Below, piece after piece: positions 40,582 through 49,457 of a stretch of DNA of 64,000 nt (position 1 is its first letter; each line of letters opens with the position of its first letter). The stretch covers positions 462 through 64,461 of the forward strand of contig PLOC01000003.1 of NCBI GenBank assembly GCA_003141955.1, written 5' to 3'. The stretch comes from Chloroflexota bacterium. GTDB lineage: Bacteria; Chloroflexota; Limnocylindria; Limnocylindrales; CSP1-4. The notes below the pieces were generated by a model. That model saw only the letters and a list, made by a program, of their open reading frames with translations. It was not told the DNA's origin and made no database searches. Made by a program: the position numbers and the translations under genes.

Positions 40582-41340
40582 GTGCCCGACCACCCGCTCA
40601 TCCTCTCCGATATCCGGGCCGAGGCACAGCGCCTGGCCGAGCTTGCCGTCGAGGAAAGGATTCCGATGCGGCTCATGGGTGGCGTGGCCGTCTGGCTCTG
40701 CTCCGAGTCGGTCCGCAAGCCACCCTTCGCCCGCGACTACGCGGACATGGACTTCGCCGCGACCTCGAAGGGGCGCGCGGCGGTGAAGTGCTTCCTCGAC
40801 GATCAGGGCTATGTCCCCGAGAAGCTCTTCAATGCCATCCACGGCGCCCAGCGCCTCAACTACGCCGAGCCCAACGGCCGCTGGACGATGGACATCCTGA
40901 TCGACGAGCTGGCGATGAGCCACCGCCTGGACCTGCGGGGCCGGCTCGACGGCCCGCAACCCACGATCTCGCTGGCGGACCTGGTCCTGACCAAGCTGCA
41001 GATCTGGGAGATCAACCGAAAGGACGTGGGCGACGTGCTCTGCCTGCTGGCCGACCATCCGCTCGGCAAGGATGGCGTCGGGGCGATCGGGCTCGACCGA
41101 ATCGGAGCCGTGCTCGGCTCGGATTGGGGCTTCTGTCACACGGCCGAGCGGAACCTGGGCAAGGTTGCCGAGCTGTGGGCCGCGGAACCCGCGGATGGTG
41201 CTCCTTTCGACGTCGCGCGCCAGGTCGAGGGGATCGTCGCCGCCATCGCCGCCGCTCCCAAGTCGCTGGCGTGGAAGACTCGCGCTCGGATCGGGGAGCG
41301 GCTTCGCTGGTACGAGACGCCTGAAGAGGTCCAGCACTAG
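40582..41340 (+). CDS. hypothetical protein, possible nucleotidyltransferase fold
   Basis: RLMGGVAVWL...DYADMDFA resembles the minimal NTase signature (GG...DxD). GTG start. Confidence 0.35.
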   Translation: MPDHPLILSDIRAEAQRLAELAVEERIPMRLMGGVAVWLCSESVRKPPFARDYADMDFAATSKGRAAVKCFLDDQGYVPEKLFNAIHGAQRLNYAEPNGRWTMDILIDELAMSHRLDLRGRLDGPQPTISLADLVLTKLQIWEINRKDVGDVLCLLADHPLGKDGVGAIGLDRIGAVLGSDWGFCHTAERNLGKVAELWAAEPADGAPFDVARQVEGIVAAIAAAPKSLAWKTRARIGERLRWYETPEEVQH

Positions 41341-41386
41341 ACTGCGCGCGCGTCCTGCCCCCAGCCGTGCGCCGCGTCGCGGTCCG

Positions 41387-42241
41387 TCACGGGAAGGCGG
41401 CCAGCACCTCGCGACCGAGGACCTCGATGGAACGCGCTGAGACGGGGCCCGGCCAAGCGTCGAGGACGATCCTCTCGACCCCCGCCTGGGCGTAGCTTGA
41501 GAAAAGCCGCCGCTGCTCGGACGGAGTGGCCTCGGCATTCGCTCCGTCCCAGGCCAGCATCGCCGAGCGGCGAATCGTGGCAGGGTCCCGGCTCACTGCG
41601 CGGCAGGCGTCGGCCAGCTGCCCGAACACGTCTCGGCAGTGGTCCGGGCTCGGGTTGTCCAGGTTCAGCTCGTCCGCGTACATCGCCGCCAGGCGGACCA
41701 GCTTGGGCCTGCCGTATCCGCCGACGACGATCGGGGGGTGTGGCTTCTGCACCGGCTTGGGCTCGCACACCGCATCCGTCAGCTGGTAGTGGCGTCCGCG
41801 GAAGCTGAAGCGAGGCCTCGTCCACAGCCCGATCAGGATCTGCAGCTGCTCCTCGAGCAGCTCGAAACGCTCGGCCATCGACGGATACGGGATCCCGAAT
41901 CGCTCGTGCTCGGCGTCGTACCAGCCGGCGCCGATCCCCAGGTCAACGCGCCCCTCGCTTATCTCGTCGACCGTCGTGACCGTCTTCGCGAGCGCGATCG
42001 GCAGCCGGAAGGTGACCGGGCTGACCATCGTCCCAAGGCGGATTCGGGTCGTGTCTCGGGCCAGCGCGGCGAGTGTCGTCCAGGCGTCGGTGGCGTGCGC
42101 GGACCAGTCGCCCTTGAGCGATAGCCAGTGGTCCGATCGAACGAACGACTCGAACCCGGCCGCCTCGGCCATCTGGGCCAGGTCGCGCATGCGCGAGTAG
42201 GGCAGGCCCTCCTGCGGATCGACCATGAACGCAAAGCGCAT
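41387..42241 (-). CDS. LLM-class F420-dependent oxidoreductase (luciferase-like)
   Basis: MRFAFMVDPQEG...HWLSLKGDW...DLGIGAGWYDAEHERFGIPYP. Start set at the internal ATG; the upstream ORF extension is junk. Confidence 0.8.
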   Translation of the reverse strand: MRFAFMVDPQEGLPYSRMRDLAQMAEAAGFESFVRSDHWLSLKGDWSAHATDAWTTLAALARDTTRIRLGTMVSPVTFRLPIALAKTVTTVDEISEGRVDLGIGAGWYDAEHERFGIPYPSMAERFELLEEQLQILIGLWTRPRFSFRGRHYQLTDAVCEPKPVQKPHPPIVVGGYGRPKLVRLAAMYADELNLDNPSPDHCRDVFGQLADACRAVSRDPATIRRSAMLAWDGANAEATPSEQRRLFSSYAQAGVERIVLDAWPGPVSARSIEVLGREVLAAFP

Positions 42242-42482
42242 CAATCGACTCCCATCACTCCCGGCGCGGCGTTCGAGCGCACCTTGACAATTCTGCGCCC
42301 GTTGGTGGCGGGTCGGTCGGGCATGTCCCGCGACACAAACCGGGCCCGCGCCAGCGCGGCGCCCGGTGAGGCGAAGGTGCCCAATCCTTCTTACACTGCG
42401 CTTACATCGAGGCCGTGAGCGAGCCACTTTGGGCCGTCCATCATTGACCGTGTCCAATCGACACGCGCGCCACGGAGGACGA

Positions 42483-42812
42483 GTGCAAACACGACATCGC
42501 ACCCGAGCCGTCGGGTTCGTGGCGGCCGCGCTTCTTCTCGGCGTTGCCCTGGTTTCGTGCGGCCCGCACTCGACGCCCACCGCGAGCCCGACCTTCACAC
42601 CGTCGGCGACCTCGAGTCCGGCTTCGCCCGGCGCCACATCCGGAGAGCTGGATACGGCGTCGCAGAGTTCTGGCGCCTTGGGTTCTGGTTCTGCCGGTCC
42701 GACCGCGCCACCAACGCCGGATCCCGTGGCCAGCGAGCTGGACCAGATCAATCAGCTCATCAACGACCTCAACAACTCGATTTCGTCCTCGTCCGACCAG
42801 GGCGGCGAGTAG
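42483..42812 (+). CDS. small lipoprotein
   Basis: Signal peptide with lipobox (AAALLLGVALVSCG), then a Pro/Ser/Thr-rich linker and a C-terminal ELDQINQLINDLNNSISS. GTG 42483 follows GGAGGA; the upstream ATG at 42366 is less likely. Confidence 0.55.
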   Translation: MQTRHRTRAVGFVAAALLLGVALVSCGPHSTPTASPTFTPSATSSPASPGATSGELDTASQSSGALGSGSAGPTAPPTPDPVASELDQINQLINDLNNSISSSSDQGGE

Positions 42813-42818
42813 GCCTCC

Positions 42819-43601
42819 ATGTCGAAGGAACATCTCATGTACGCCCGCCTTCGCAACGTCATCGCCGCCGTAGGGGCGGCCGCTCTCGTCGTGGTCTCAT
42901 CCTCCAGCGCGGGCGCGGTTTCATCCGCTCCCGTTTCCGGAGGCCCTCTCGGAGCGGGCACCTGCGCAGCTCAGGCGCTGGCGGCGCGAACGCATGGCAC
43001 GGTGGCCGCGCTTCGGAGCTTCGGCGATTGCGAGATCGGGCGTCGCCAGACGACGCTCGCGGGCCTGACCTCCGTCGTGAACGGGTCGCAGGCGCTGACC
43101 GCCTCCGATCGGGCCGCGCTGACGGCCGAGATCGGGGCGGAGTCGTCCGGCCTGGCCGTCCTGAAGACGGCGATTGACGGTCAGACCACGCTTCCGGCGC
43201 TCAAGCTCGAGATCGTCCAGATCGCGTCGAAGTACCGCGTGTACCTGCTGGTCGCACCGCAGGTCTATCTCGTCGATGCCGCCGAGGACGTTCTCGCGCT
43301 GCAGCCGTCCTTCACGCAGACGGCGACCGTTCTGGCGGGGCGGATCGCCACGGCAGAGGCCAACGGCAAGGACGTGACCGCCGCCCAGGCGAGCCTGACG
43401 TCGATGAACGGTGAAGTTGCCGCGGCTATGGCGCTGGCGTCGCCGCTGCCGGGCCGGCTCCTGCCCCTGACCGCCGCCCAGTGGAACGCCGGGACGGCCG
43501 GGCCGGTTATGACGGCTGCGCGCGCGGCGCTCGTTTCGGCGCGCGGCCACCTGCAGGCTGCGGTCAAGTTCGGCCGCGCGGTGATCGTCGCCCTGCAGTA
43601 A
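42819..43601 (+). CDS. secreted hypothetical protein
   Basis: N-terminal signal peptide (AAVGAAALVVVSSSSAGA). No recognisable domain. Confidence 0.5.
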   Translation: MSKEHLMYARLRNVIAAVGAAALVVVSSSSAGAVSSAPVSGGPLGAGTCAAQALAARTHGTVAALRSFGDCEIGRRQTTLAGLTSVVNGSQALTASDRAALTAEIGAESSGLAVLKTAIDGQTTLPALKLEIVQIASKYRVYLLVAPQVYLVDAAEDVLALQPSFTQTATVLAGRIATAEANGKDVTAAQASLTSMNGEVAAAMALASPLPGRLLPLTAAQWNAGTAGPVMTAARAALVSARGHLQAAVKFGRAVIVALQ

Positions 43602-43827
43602 CCGGGGGAGTGGCTGGGCGCCTCGCGCTTCAAGCCGGAACGTTACCGGGGTCGGTCGCCTGCTGGCTGCCGCACGAGGCAGCCTTCACATGAGGATTCG
43701 CCGAGGACAGACCTGCGCTTGAGATCGCATTGACAGCATTGCCCGCGGCGTGATTGACTGCGGCGCGGCCGGCCGTTCCGTGGTCCACGGGATAGAGTCG
43801 GCGGTCGGGCGCGGGGAGGATCCCACG

Positions 43828-45567
43828 GTGGATGGCGCCGACAGACCGTCTCGGTTCGATCCGGAGCCGCCCGGGGCGGGCGTCGGCCGGCTGACCATCA
43901 TCGCCCAGGACCCCGCGGTCATGGTCGACGGCAGGATCCTGCGCGCCGTCGTGACGATCCCACCCGATCGTCTGGAACCGGGCCCACGCGGGCCCAGGTT
44001 CTGGGTCGTGGACTACGACTCGACGGCCCGCCGGGTCGTAGCACCGGCACCCGATCCGTGGCTGGACGCCATCGCCGCCTGCGCGGACGATGGGCTCGCA
44101 GCGGATCCCCGGGTTCGAGCGCAGAACGTCTACGTCGTGGCCGCCCGGACTCTGGAGACCTTCGAGAAGGCGCTGGGGCGACGGCTCAATTGGGGCTTCG
44201 CCGGGCACCAGCTGTACCTGGTGCCGTCAGCCTTTGCGGAGGCCAACGCTTTCTACGACCCGGATTCGTGCGCCGTCATGTTCGGCTACTTCCAGCCGGC
44301 GGAACCGGCCGGGGCAGCCACGGTATTCACCTCGCTGTCGCACGACATCGTCGCCCACGAGACGACCCACGCCATTCTCGACGGACTGCGGCGCCGCTTC
44401 GAGGAGCCGTCGCTGCCGGACCAGGCCGCCTTCCACGAAGCGCTGGCCGACATCGTGGCCCTGCTGTCGGTCTTCTCCATCCGCGAAACGGTTCTCGCGC
44501 TGGTACCCGGCGACCCCGACACGGGCCTGGCGGACGAGTCGAAGGTGACCGCCGGGGAGCTCGGCCGAACCGCCCTTCTCGGCCTGGCCGAACAGTTCGG
44601 GGCCGCTGTCCGCGTCCACGGCGGCGACGCTCTGCGCCGCTCCGTGAACCTGGCTGCAAACCCGGCGCTGCTTTCGGCGCCGGCATATCAGGAGCCCCAC
44701 GCCCGGGGTGAGATTCTGGTCGCGGCCGTCGGCAACGCCCTGCTCGAGATCTGGACCAGGCGCCTGGTGGACGTCCACGCCGCGGGCACGCCGCTCCATC
44801 GGACGCGCGTCGCGGACGAGGGCGTAAAGACCGCCGGCAATGTCCTGACCATGTGCATCCGGGCGATCGACTACCTGCCTCCGGTGGACCTTTCCTTCGA
44901 CGACTTCGCCACCGCGCTGCTGGCCGCCGACGAGGAGGTCGTTCCGGACGACCGACACGACTACCGCGGCACGCTGGAGAAGGCCTTCCGCCGATACGGT
45001 ATCCGGGAGGCCCGGCCGCAGCACGTCGCAACCTTCGGGCGCAGGGACGCCCCGACGTACCGGTCGATCCACGAGGAGGAGCTGCGCATCCGCCGCGACG
45101 AGGTCTTCCGCCTGCTCTGGCAGAACGCGACGCTGCTCGGGATTCCCACCGATTACTACCTGTCGGTCGAGACGGTCACGCCCTGCGCACGCGTGGCACC
45201 AGATGGGTTCGTCGTGCGCGAAGTCGTGGCCACATACATCCAGATGCTCGACGGCACGGCCGCCGAGTTGCGGGCACTGGCGGCGCGCCTTGGCGGTGAG
45301 CTGGTGATCCCCGCCGGCGTCAGCGACGCGACGCGGCTGGAGCTGCTCGGCGGCGGCACGGTCATCTTCGACGAGTTCGGCCGGCTGCGCTACCACCAGC
45401 CCAAGCCGCTCCTGGATTGGGGACGTCAGTCGCGCCGGCTCGACTACCTGGTCCGCAACGGAATGCGCGACACGCACGGTGGCGTGGGTTACTCGCAGGG
45501 GATGCCGCTCGGCCAGCGGTTCGCGGTCATGCACGCCCAGGAGCCCGACACGGGGGAGACATGGTGA
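43828..45567 (+). CDS. thermolysin-like (M4-type) zinc metallopeptidase domain protein without signal peptide
   Basis: NAFYDPDSCAVMFGYF (compare thermolysin NAFWNGSQMVYGDG). VAHETTHAILD is the HExxH motif. AAFHEALADIVA matches GAINEAISDIFG, the third zinc ligand Glu. No hydrophobic N-terminus. GTG start 43828 after GGGAGGA. Confidence 0.65.
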   Translation: MDGADRPSRFDPEPPGAGVGRLTIIAQDPAVMVDGRILRAVVTIPPDRLEPGPRGPRFWVVDYDSTARRVVAPAPDPWLDAIAACADDGLAADPRVRAQNVYVVAARTLETFEKALGRRLNWGFAGHQLYLVPSAFAEANAFYDPDSCAVMFGYFQPAEPAGAATVFTSLSHDIVAHETTHAILDGLRRRFEEPSLPDQAAFHEALADIVALLSVFSIRETVLALVPGDPDTGLADESKVTAGELGRTALLGLAEQFGAAVRVHGGDALRRSVNLAANPALLSAPAYQEPHARGEILVAAVGNALLEIWTRRLVDVHAAGTPLHRTRVADEGVKTAGNVLTMCIRAIDYLPPVDLSFDDFATALLAADEEVVPDDRHDYRGTLEKAFRRYGIREARPQHVATFGRRDAPTYRSIHEEELRIRRDEVFRLLWQNATLLGIPTDYYLSVETVTPCARVAPDGFVVREVVATYIQMLDGTAAELRALAARLGGELVIPAGVSDATRLELLGGGTVIFDEFGRLRYHQPKPLLDWGRQSRRLDYLVRNGMRDTHGGVGYSQGMPLGQRFAVMHAQEPDTGETW

Positions 45568-46847
45568 GCCAATCGCCGGTTCGCATCGACTTTCGCGCCT
45601 ACAACGTCGGGTTCGGCGATTGCCTGCTGCTCAGCTTCACCTACCCGGCCCCGATCGATGGACGAGCGGAGCGCCACGTCCTGATCGACTTCGGGTCGAC
45701 CAAGGCGGCCAGGGGCGGGCCGAGCCTGGCGGACGTCGCCGCTCTCATCGAGGCCGACACGCACGGCAAGCTCGACGTAGTCGTCCTCACCCATCGCCAC
45801 CGCGATCACCTGGCGGGGTTCGACCCGGCCACAGGCGGGGCGACAATCGCCCGCCTTGCGCCCGACGCGATCATTCGACCGTGGACTGAGGTGCCGAACG
45901 GCGCGGCGCCTGCTGCCGCGCCCTCGCCTGGTCGGCGCAAGCTGCTCGACGTCCTGGCTTCGGGGAACGGGTTCGCCCGCAGCATCACCGCGATCCCGTT
46001 CGCCGGCCGGCTCGGCGTCGCCGAATCCGCGCTGATGAGCATGGCGGCGATGCAGCTCGGCAACGATAGGGCCATCGGGCAGCTGGACCAGCTCGCCGCC
46101 GCAAGCTCGGCCCACTACCTGAAGTTCGGCGACCCGCTCGTCCTGGACATGCTGCCCGGAGTTTCCGTCTCGGTCCTCGGTCCTCCGGACCCGGAAACGT
46201 GGCCCGCGGTGCTGCACCAGGCCGCGCAGAGCACCGAGTACTGGCTTGGCGCCGGAAGCGCCGATCCGGCGGCGCTCACGGCCTCCGCCGCCGGAACGCC
46301 TCTCGGCATGGATGGCGACGCCGAATCTCTCCTGGAACCCGGCCCGGGGCGCTGGCTGATCGACCGCCTGGACGACCACCTCGTCCGCTCGGCCGAACGA
46401 TTGGTCCACCAGCTCGACAGCGTCCTCAACAACACCAGCCTGGTGCTGCTCGTGGAGGCCGCTGGCCACAAGCTCCTGCTGCCCGGCGACGCCGAGGTGG
46501 AGAACTGGGGCTACGCGCTGACGGCCGCGCCGGACCACCAGGGCATCTGCGATCGGCTGCGGGGCGTGGACCTCTACAAGGTCGGCCACCACGGCAGCCG
46601 CAACGCCACTCCCAAGCTGTCGCTCTACCCGCTCCTGGCCGTGACGCCGCCGGGCCGCGTCGCCGTTATGTCGACCCTCGTCGGCTTCTACGGCACGACA
46701 AACCCGGTCCCGAGCCAGGCGCTGATCGACAAGCTGTCGCTGCCGCCGTTCACGCTCCTGCGAACCGACGTCGCCGGCTCCACGACCGGTGCACGATCAG
46801 TCCACCTCGCCGCCACCGACTCGACGGCCTTTGCTCCGGCCGACTGA
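45561..46847 (+). CDS. MBL-fold metallo-hydrolase, ComEC/Rec2-like subtype
   Basis: VVVLTHRHRDHLAGF (HxHxDH) and a later KVGHHGSRNATP (HHGS motif). ATG overlaps the peptidase stop (ATGGTGA). Confidence 0.7.
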   Translation: MVSQSPVRIDFRAYNVGFGDCLLLSFTYPAPIDGRAERHVLIDFGSTKAARGGPSLADVAALIEADTHGKLDVVVLTHRHRDHLAGFDPATGGATIARLAPDAIIRPWTEVPNGAAPAAAPSPGRRKLLDVLASGNGFARSITAIPFAGRLGVAESALMSMAAMQLGNDRAIGQLDQLAAASSAHYLKFGDPLVLDMLPGVSVSVLGPPDPETWPAVLHQAAQSTEYWLGAGSADPAALTASAAGTPLGMDGDAESLLEPGPGRWLIDRLDDHLVRSAERLVHQLDSVLNNTSLVLLVEAAGHKLLLPGDAEVENWGYALTAAPDHQGICDRLRGVDLYKVGHHGSRNATPKLSLYPLLAVTPPGRVAVMSTLVGFYGTTNPVPSQALIDKLSLPPFTLLRTDVAGSTTGARSVHLAATDSTAFAPAD

Positions 46848-46990
46848 CGGTCAAGAGCCGATCCCCGCGGCCGCGTCTTCACGAACCGGCTTTCTCTCTA
46901 GGGATTGACCCTCGGTGGGGCCTTCAGCGGCCGGCGCCGAGCGCCGACTATTCCGTACGGAGGGGCCGACACACCGGCAAGGAGCTACGC

Positions 46991-47716
46991 GTGGACGGCT
47001 TGTCATCCGTGCAGCTGAACGTCGCCTCGCTGGGCGCGTCTCAGCTCACAACCACACAGTCCTGGCGCACACACAGCCATCCGGCAATGGATGCCGCTGC
47101 CACGACGCTGGGCATGAGCGCGAGCGACCTCCGCACTGCGCTGCAGAGCGGCCAGAGTCTCGCATCGATCGCCTCCTCGAAAGGCATAAGCGAGACCACG
47201 CTGACCGCGGCGATGGCGGCCGCGATCGAGCAGGCGAATCCCGGCATCTCCGCCGATCAGGCTACCAAAGTCGCGACGGCGATCGCGACCCGCACGCCTC
47301 CGGCGGGCTCCGCGCCCGCCCAGACCGGAACCTCGAGCAGCGCCACCCAGGCGACCACTGGGGCCACCACCGGCACTACCGCCGCCGGCGGCCATCACCA
47401 CCACCATCACCATCACGCCATGAGCACGGCGGTGGACGCTACCGCGCAGCTGCTCGGCACGACGACCACCGACCTCGCCACTTCGCTGCAGAGCGGCCAG
47501 ACCCTCGCCCAGATCGCGTCAGCGCAGGGCGTCAGCCAGAACGACCTGGTCACGGCGATCTCGAACGCGCTCCAGCAGGCCGACTCGAATCTCTCCTCCG
47601 ACCAGGCGACCCAGCTGGCCACGACGCTGGCCACCGGAACGCCCCCGACCGGCGGGACTCAGCCCTGGGCAACCGGGAAGACGGGCACCTCGAGCACGTA
47701 CAACATTCTCGCCTGA
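46991..47716 (+). CDS. His-rich repeat protein (two repeats of about 70 aa flanking an H8 tract)
   Basis: GTG start 6 nt after AAGGAG. Repeats ...TLGMSASDLRTALQSGQSLASIASSKGISETTLTAAM...TPP and ...LLGTTTTDLATSLQSGQTLAQIASAQGVSQNDLVTAI...TPP are separated by HHHHHHHH (47393-47416). Confidence 0.5.
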   Translation: MDGLSSVQLNVASLGASQLTTTQSWRTHSHPAMDAAATTLGMSASDLRTALQSGQSLASIASSKGISETTLTAAMAAAIEQANPGISADQATKVATAIATRTPPAGSAPAQTGTSSSATQATTGATTGTTAAGGHHHHHHHHAMSTAVDATAQLLGTTTTDLATSLQSGQTLAQIASAQGVSQNDLVTAISNALQQADSNLSSDQATQLATTLATGTPPTGGTQPWATGKTGTSSTYNILA

Positions 47717-47735
47717 CGGGCTTCGTCGGACAAAC

Positions 47736-47773
47736 AAGCAGCCGGTCGCGGAGGGGGGAGCGACCGGCTGCTT
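47736..47773. terminator. bidirectional intrinsic terminator candidate
   Basis: 14-bp perfect stem AAGCAGCCGGTCGC / GCGACCGGCTGCTT with loop GGAGGGGGGA, 20 nt after the His-rich gene stop. T-rich (TTTGT) on the minus-strand side. Confidence 0.6.
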
Positions 47774-47942
47774 CTCATTCGCGGCCGGGCTGGATAGTGG
47801 GCTCGGCCACGAGCGCATTGGGCCAGCCAATCCTGATGAAACGCTGAATCTGGACGCATTCGAGGGGATTCCCCGACCTCTTCCGGCGGGCAATTCCGCC
47901 GCGGCCGGGGCGATTGGCTCCCGCGCTCGCCCGTTCCGGCGG

Positions 47943-48839
47943 TCAGACCGTGGCGTCGGCGATAACGACCCGCTTCGGGGCGATAAGGCCGTCGTGCCGG
48001 CCGCGCAGGTACCGCTCCGTGACATCGTCGGCGGAGAGGAACTCGACCGAGCCGAAGCCCGCCGCCTTCAGCCTTGAGGCCACCGTCTCGGGCTCGAAGC
48101 GCGTCCGCCATGGCTCGCCGATCGCCGCCATGCGGGCGGCGGCCGAACCGGGCGGAGGCGAGCCTTCGGTCGAGGCGTCCGGCCGGGAGAAGTTGAAGAC
48201 GAACTCGCTGCCCGCGGCCAGCCTGCCGGCCATGTCGAATAGCCTCTTGGCCGCGCTGTCGCTCAAGTAGATCAGCACTCCCAGGCATGCCAGCAACGCC
48301 GGCTGCGTGGCGTCCAGGCCGGCGGCCTCCAGCTGGCGGCGCAGGTCATCGGCTTCAAGGTCGGCCGCGGCGTAGCGCAGGTTCGGCGGCTCCTCGATCC
48401 CGGCGCGCCGCAGCCGGGCGCGCTTGTCGAGCTGGCTTGCGGCGTGGTCGACTTCGATGATGCGCAGGTCGCCCGCCCAGCCGGGCTGGCGGTAGGCGAA
48501 CGTGTCCAGCCCCGCACCCAGGATCGCGTACTGGCGAATGCCACGGCGAACCGCTTCCACGAGGCGGTCTTCCACGTACCGGCTCCGAACTACAACGTCG
48601 CAGCGCAGGGCGCGGGAGACCGGAGTTCGCAGCCGATCGGCGTGCTCCTGGATCGCTCGCGCCGCTTTCGGGTCAAGGAGGCGCAGTGCCAGCGCGTCGT
48701 CGAGGATGGGCGGTGGATCGTCGATCAGGAGATGCGCCGCCCGCAGCCGCGCGGCCCCGAGGGCGGTCGCGCTGGCGGCTCGCTCGAGGACGATGTCCCG
48801 GGGCGGCTCGACGTTCCGGTGCGCCCGCTCGAAGCCCAT
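47943..48839 (-). CDS. class I SAM-dependent methyltransferase (mycobacterial TIGR00027-like family)
   Basis: YAILGAGLDTFAYR...IEVDHAASQLDKRARL...LIYLSDSAAKRLFDMAG. Start at internal ATG 48839. Confidence 0.7.
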   Translation of the reverse strand: MGFERAHRNVEPPRDIVLERAASATALGAARLRAAHLLIDDPPPILDDALALRLLDPKAARAIQEHADRLRTPVSRALRCDVVVRSRYVEDRLVEAVRRGIRQYAILGAGLDTFAYRQPGWAGDLRIIEVDHAASQLDKRARLRRAGIEEPPNLRYAAADLEADDLRRQLEAAGLDATQPALLACLGVLIYLSDSAAKRLFDMAGRLAAGSEFVFNFSRPDASTEGSPPPGSAAARMAAIGEPWRTRFEPETVASRLKAAGFGSVEFLSADDVTERYLRGRHDGLIAPKRVVIADATV

Positions 48840-48965
48840 CCCGGCACGATACCGCGAACTGGGTCGATCGGGTCGCCGGCGCGCCCGACCGGACGCGGAG
48901 CGGTCGACGGGCGGGTCTAGGATGCTGGGGAAACATTTCGGCCTCCTCGAGCCCACAAGGTAGGT

Positions 48966-49457
48966 GTGGAGATAGCCGCGGTCTCGATCACCAGCGACGA
49001 GTTCGATGAACGCTATCCGGGCCTGTTTGCGGGGCTGACAAGGCTGGGCCGGGCGCTGGGCGCCGGGCCCGAGGCCGAAGACATCGCTCAGGAGGTTCTC
49101 CTCGAGGGGCGTCGCCAGCTTGGCCGGCTTCGAGATTGCGACAAGCTCCAGGCCTGGCTGCGCCGGATGATGGTCCGAGCCTGCTACCGGCACCGAGGCC
49201 GCCGCCGATCCACGCCACTCAATTCCGCGGTTGCGTATGTGCCGCTCGATCTCAGCGGAGCGCTCGACGTCCGAATCGCGGTGGCCCGTCTGCCGCCGCG
49301 AGAACGGCTCCCCGTGGCTCTCGTCTACGGCCTCGGCTATTCGCAGGCCGAGGCGGCCGACGCGATGGGAATAACCCGCGGAGGGCTGGCGACGGCGCTC
49401 TTCAAGGCTCGTGCCCGGCTCGTCCGGGAGCTCGGCGACCGAAGGCAGGTGGAGTGA
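48966..49457 (+). CDS. ECF-type RNA polymerase sigma factor
   Basis: Region 2 (EAEDIAQEVLLE) and region 4 (LVYGLGYSQAEAADAMGITRGGLATALFKARARL). GTG start. Confidence 0.7.
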   Translation: MEIAAVSITSDEFDERYPGLFAGLTRLGRALGAGPEAEDIAQEVLLEGRRQLGRLRDCDKLQAWLRRMMVRACYRHRGRRRSTPLNSAVAYVPLDLSGALDVRIAVARLPPRERLPVALVYGLGYSQAEAADAMGITRGGLATALFKARARLVRELGDRRQVE

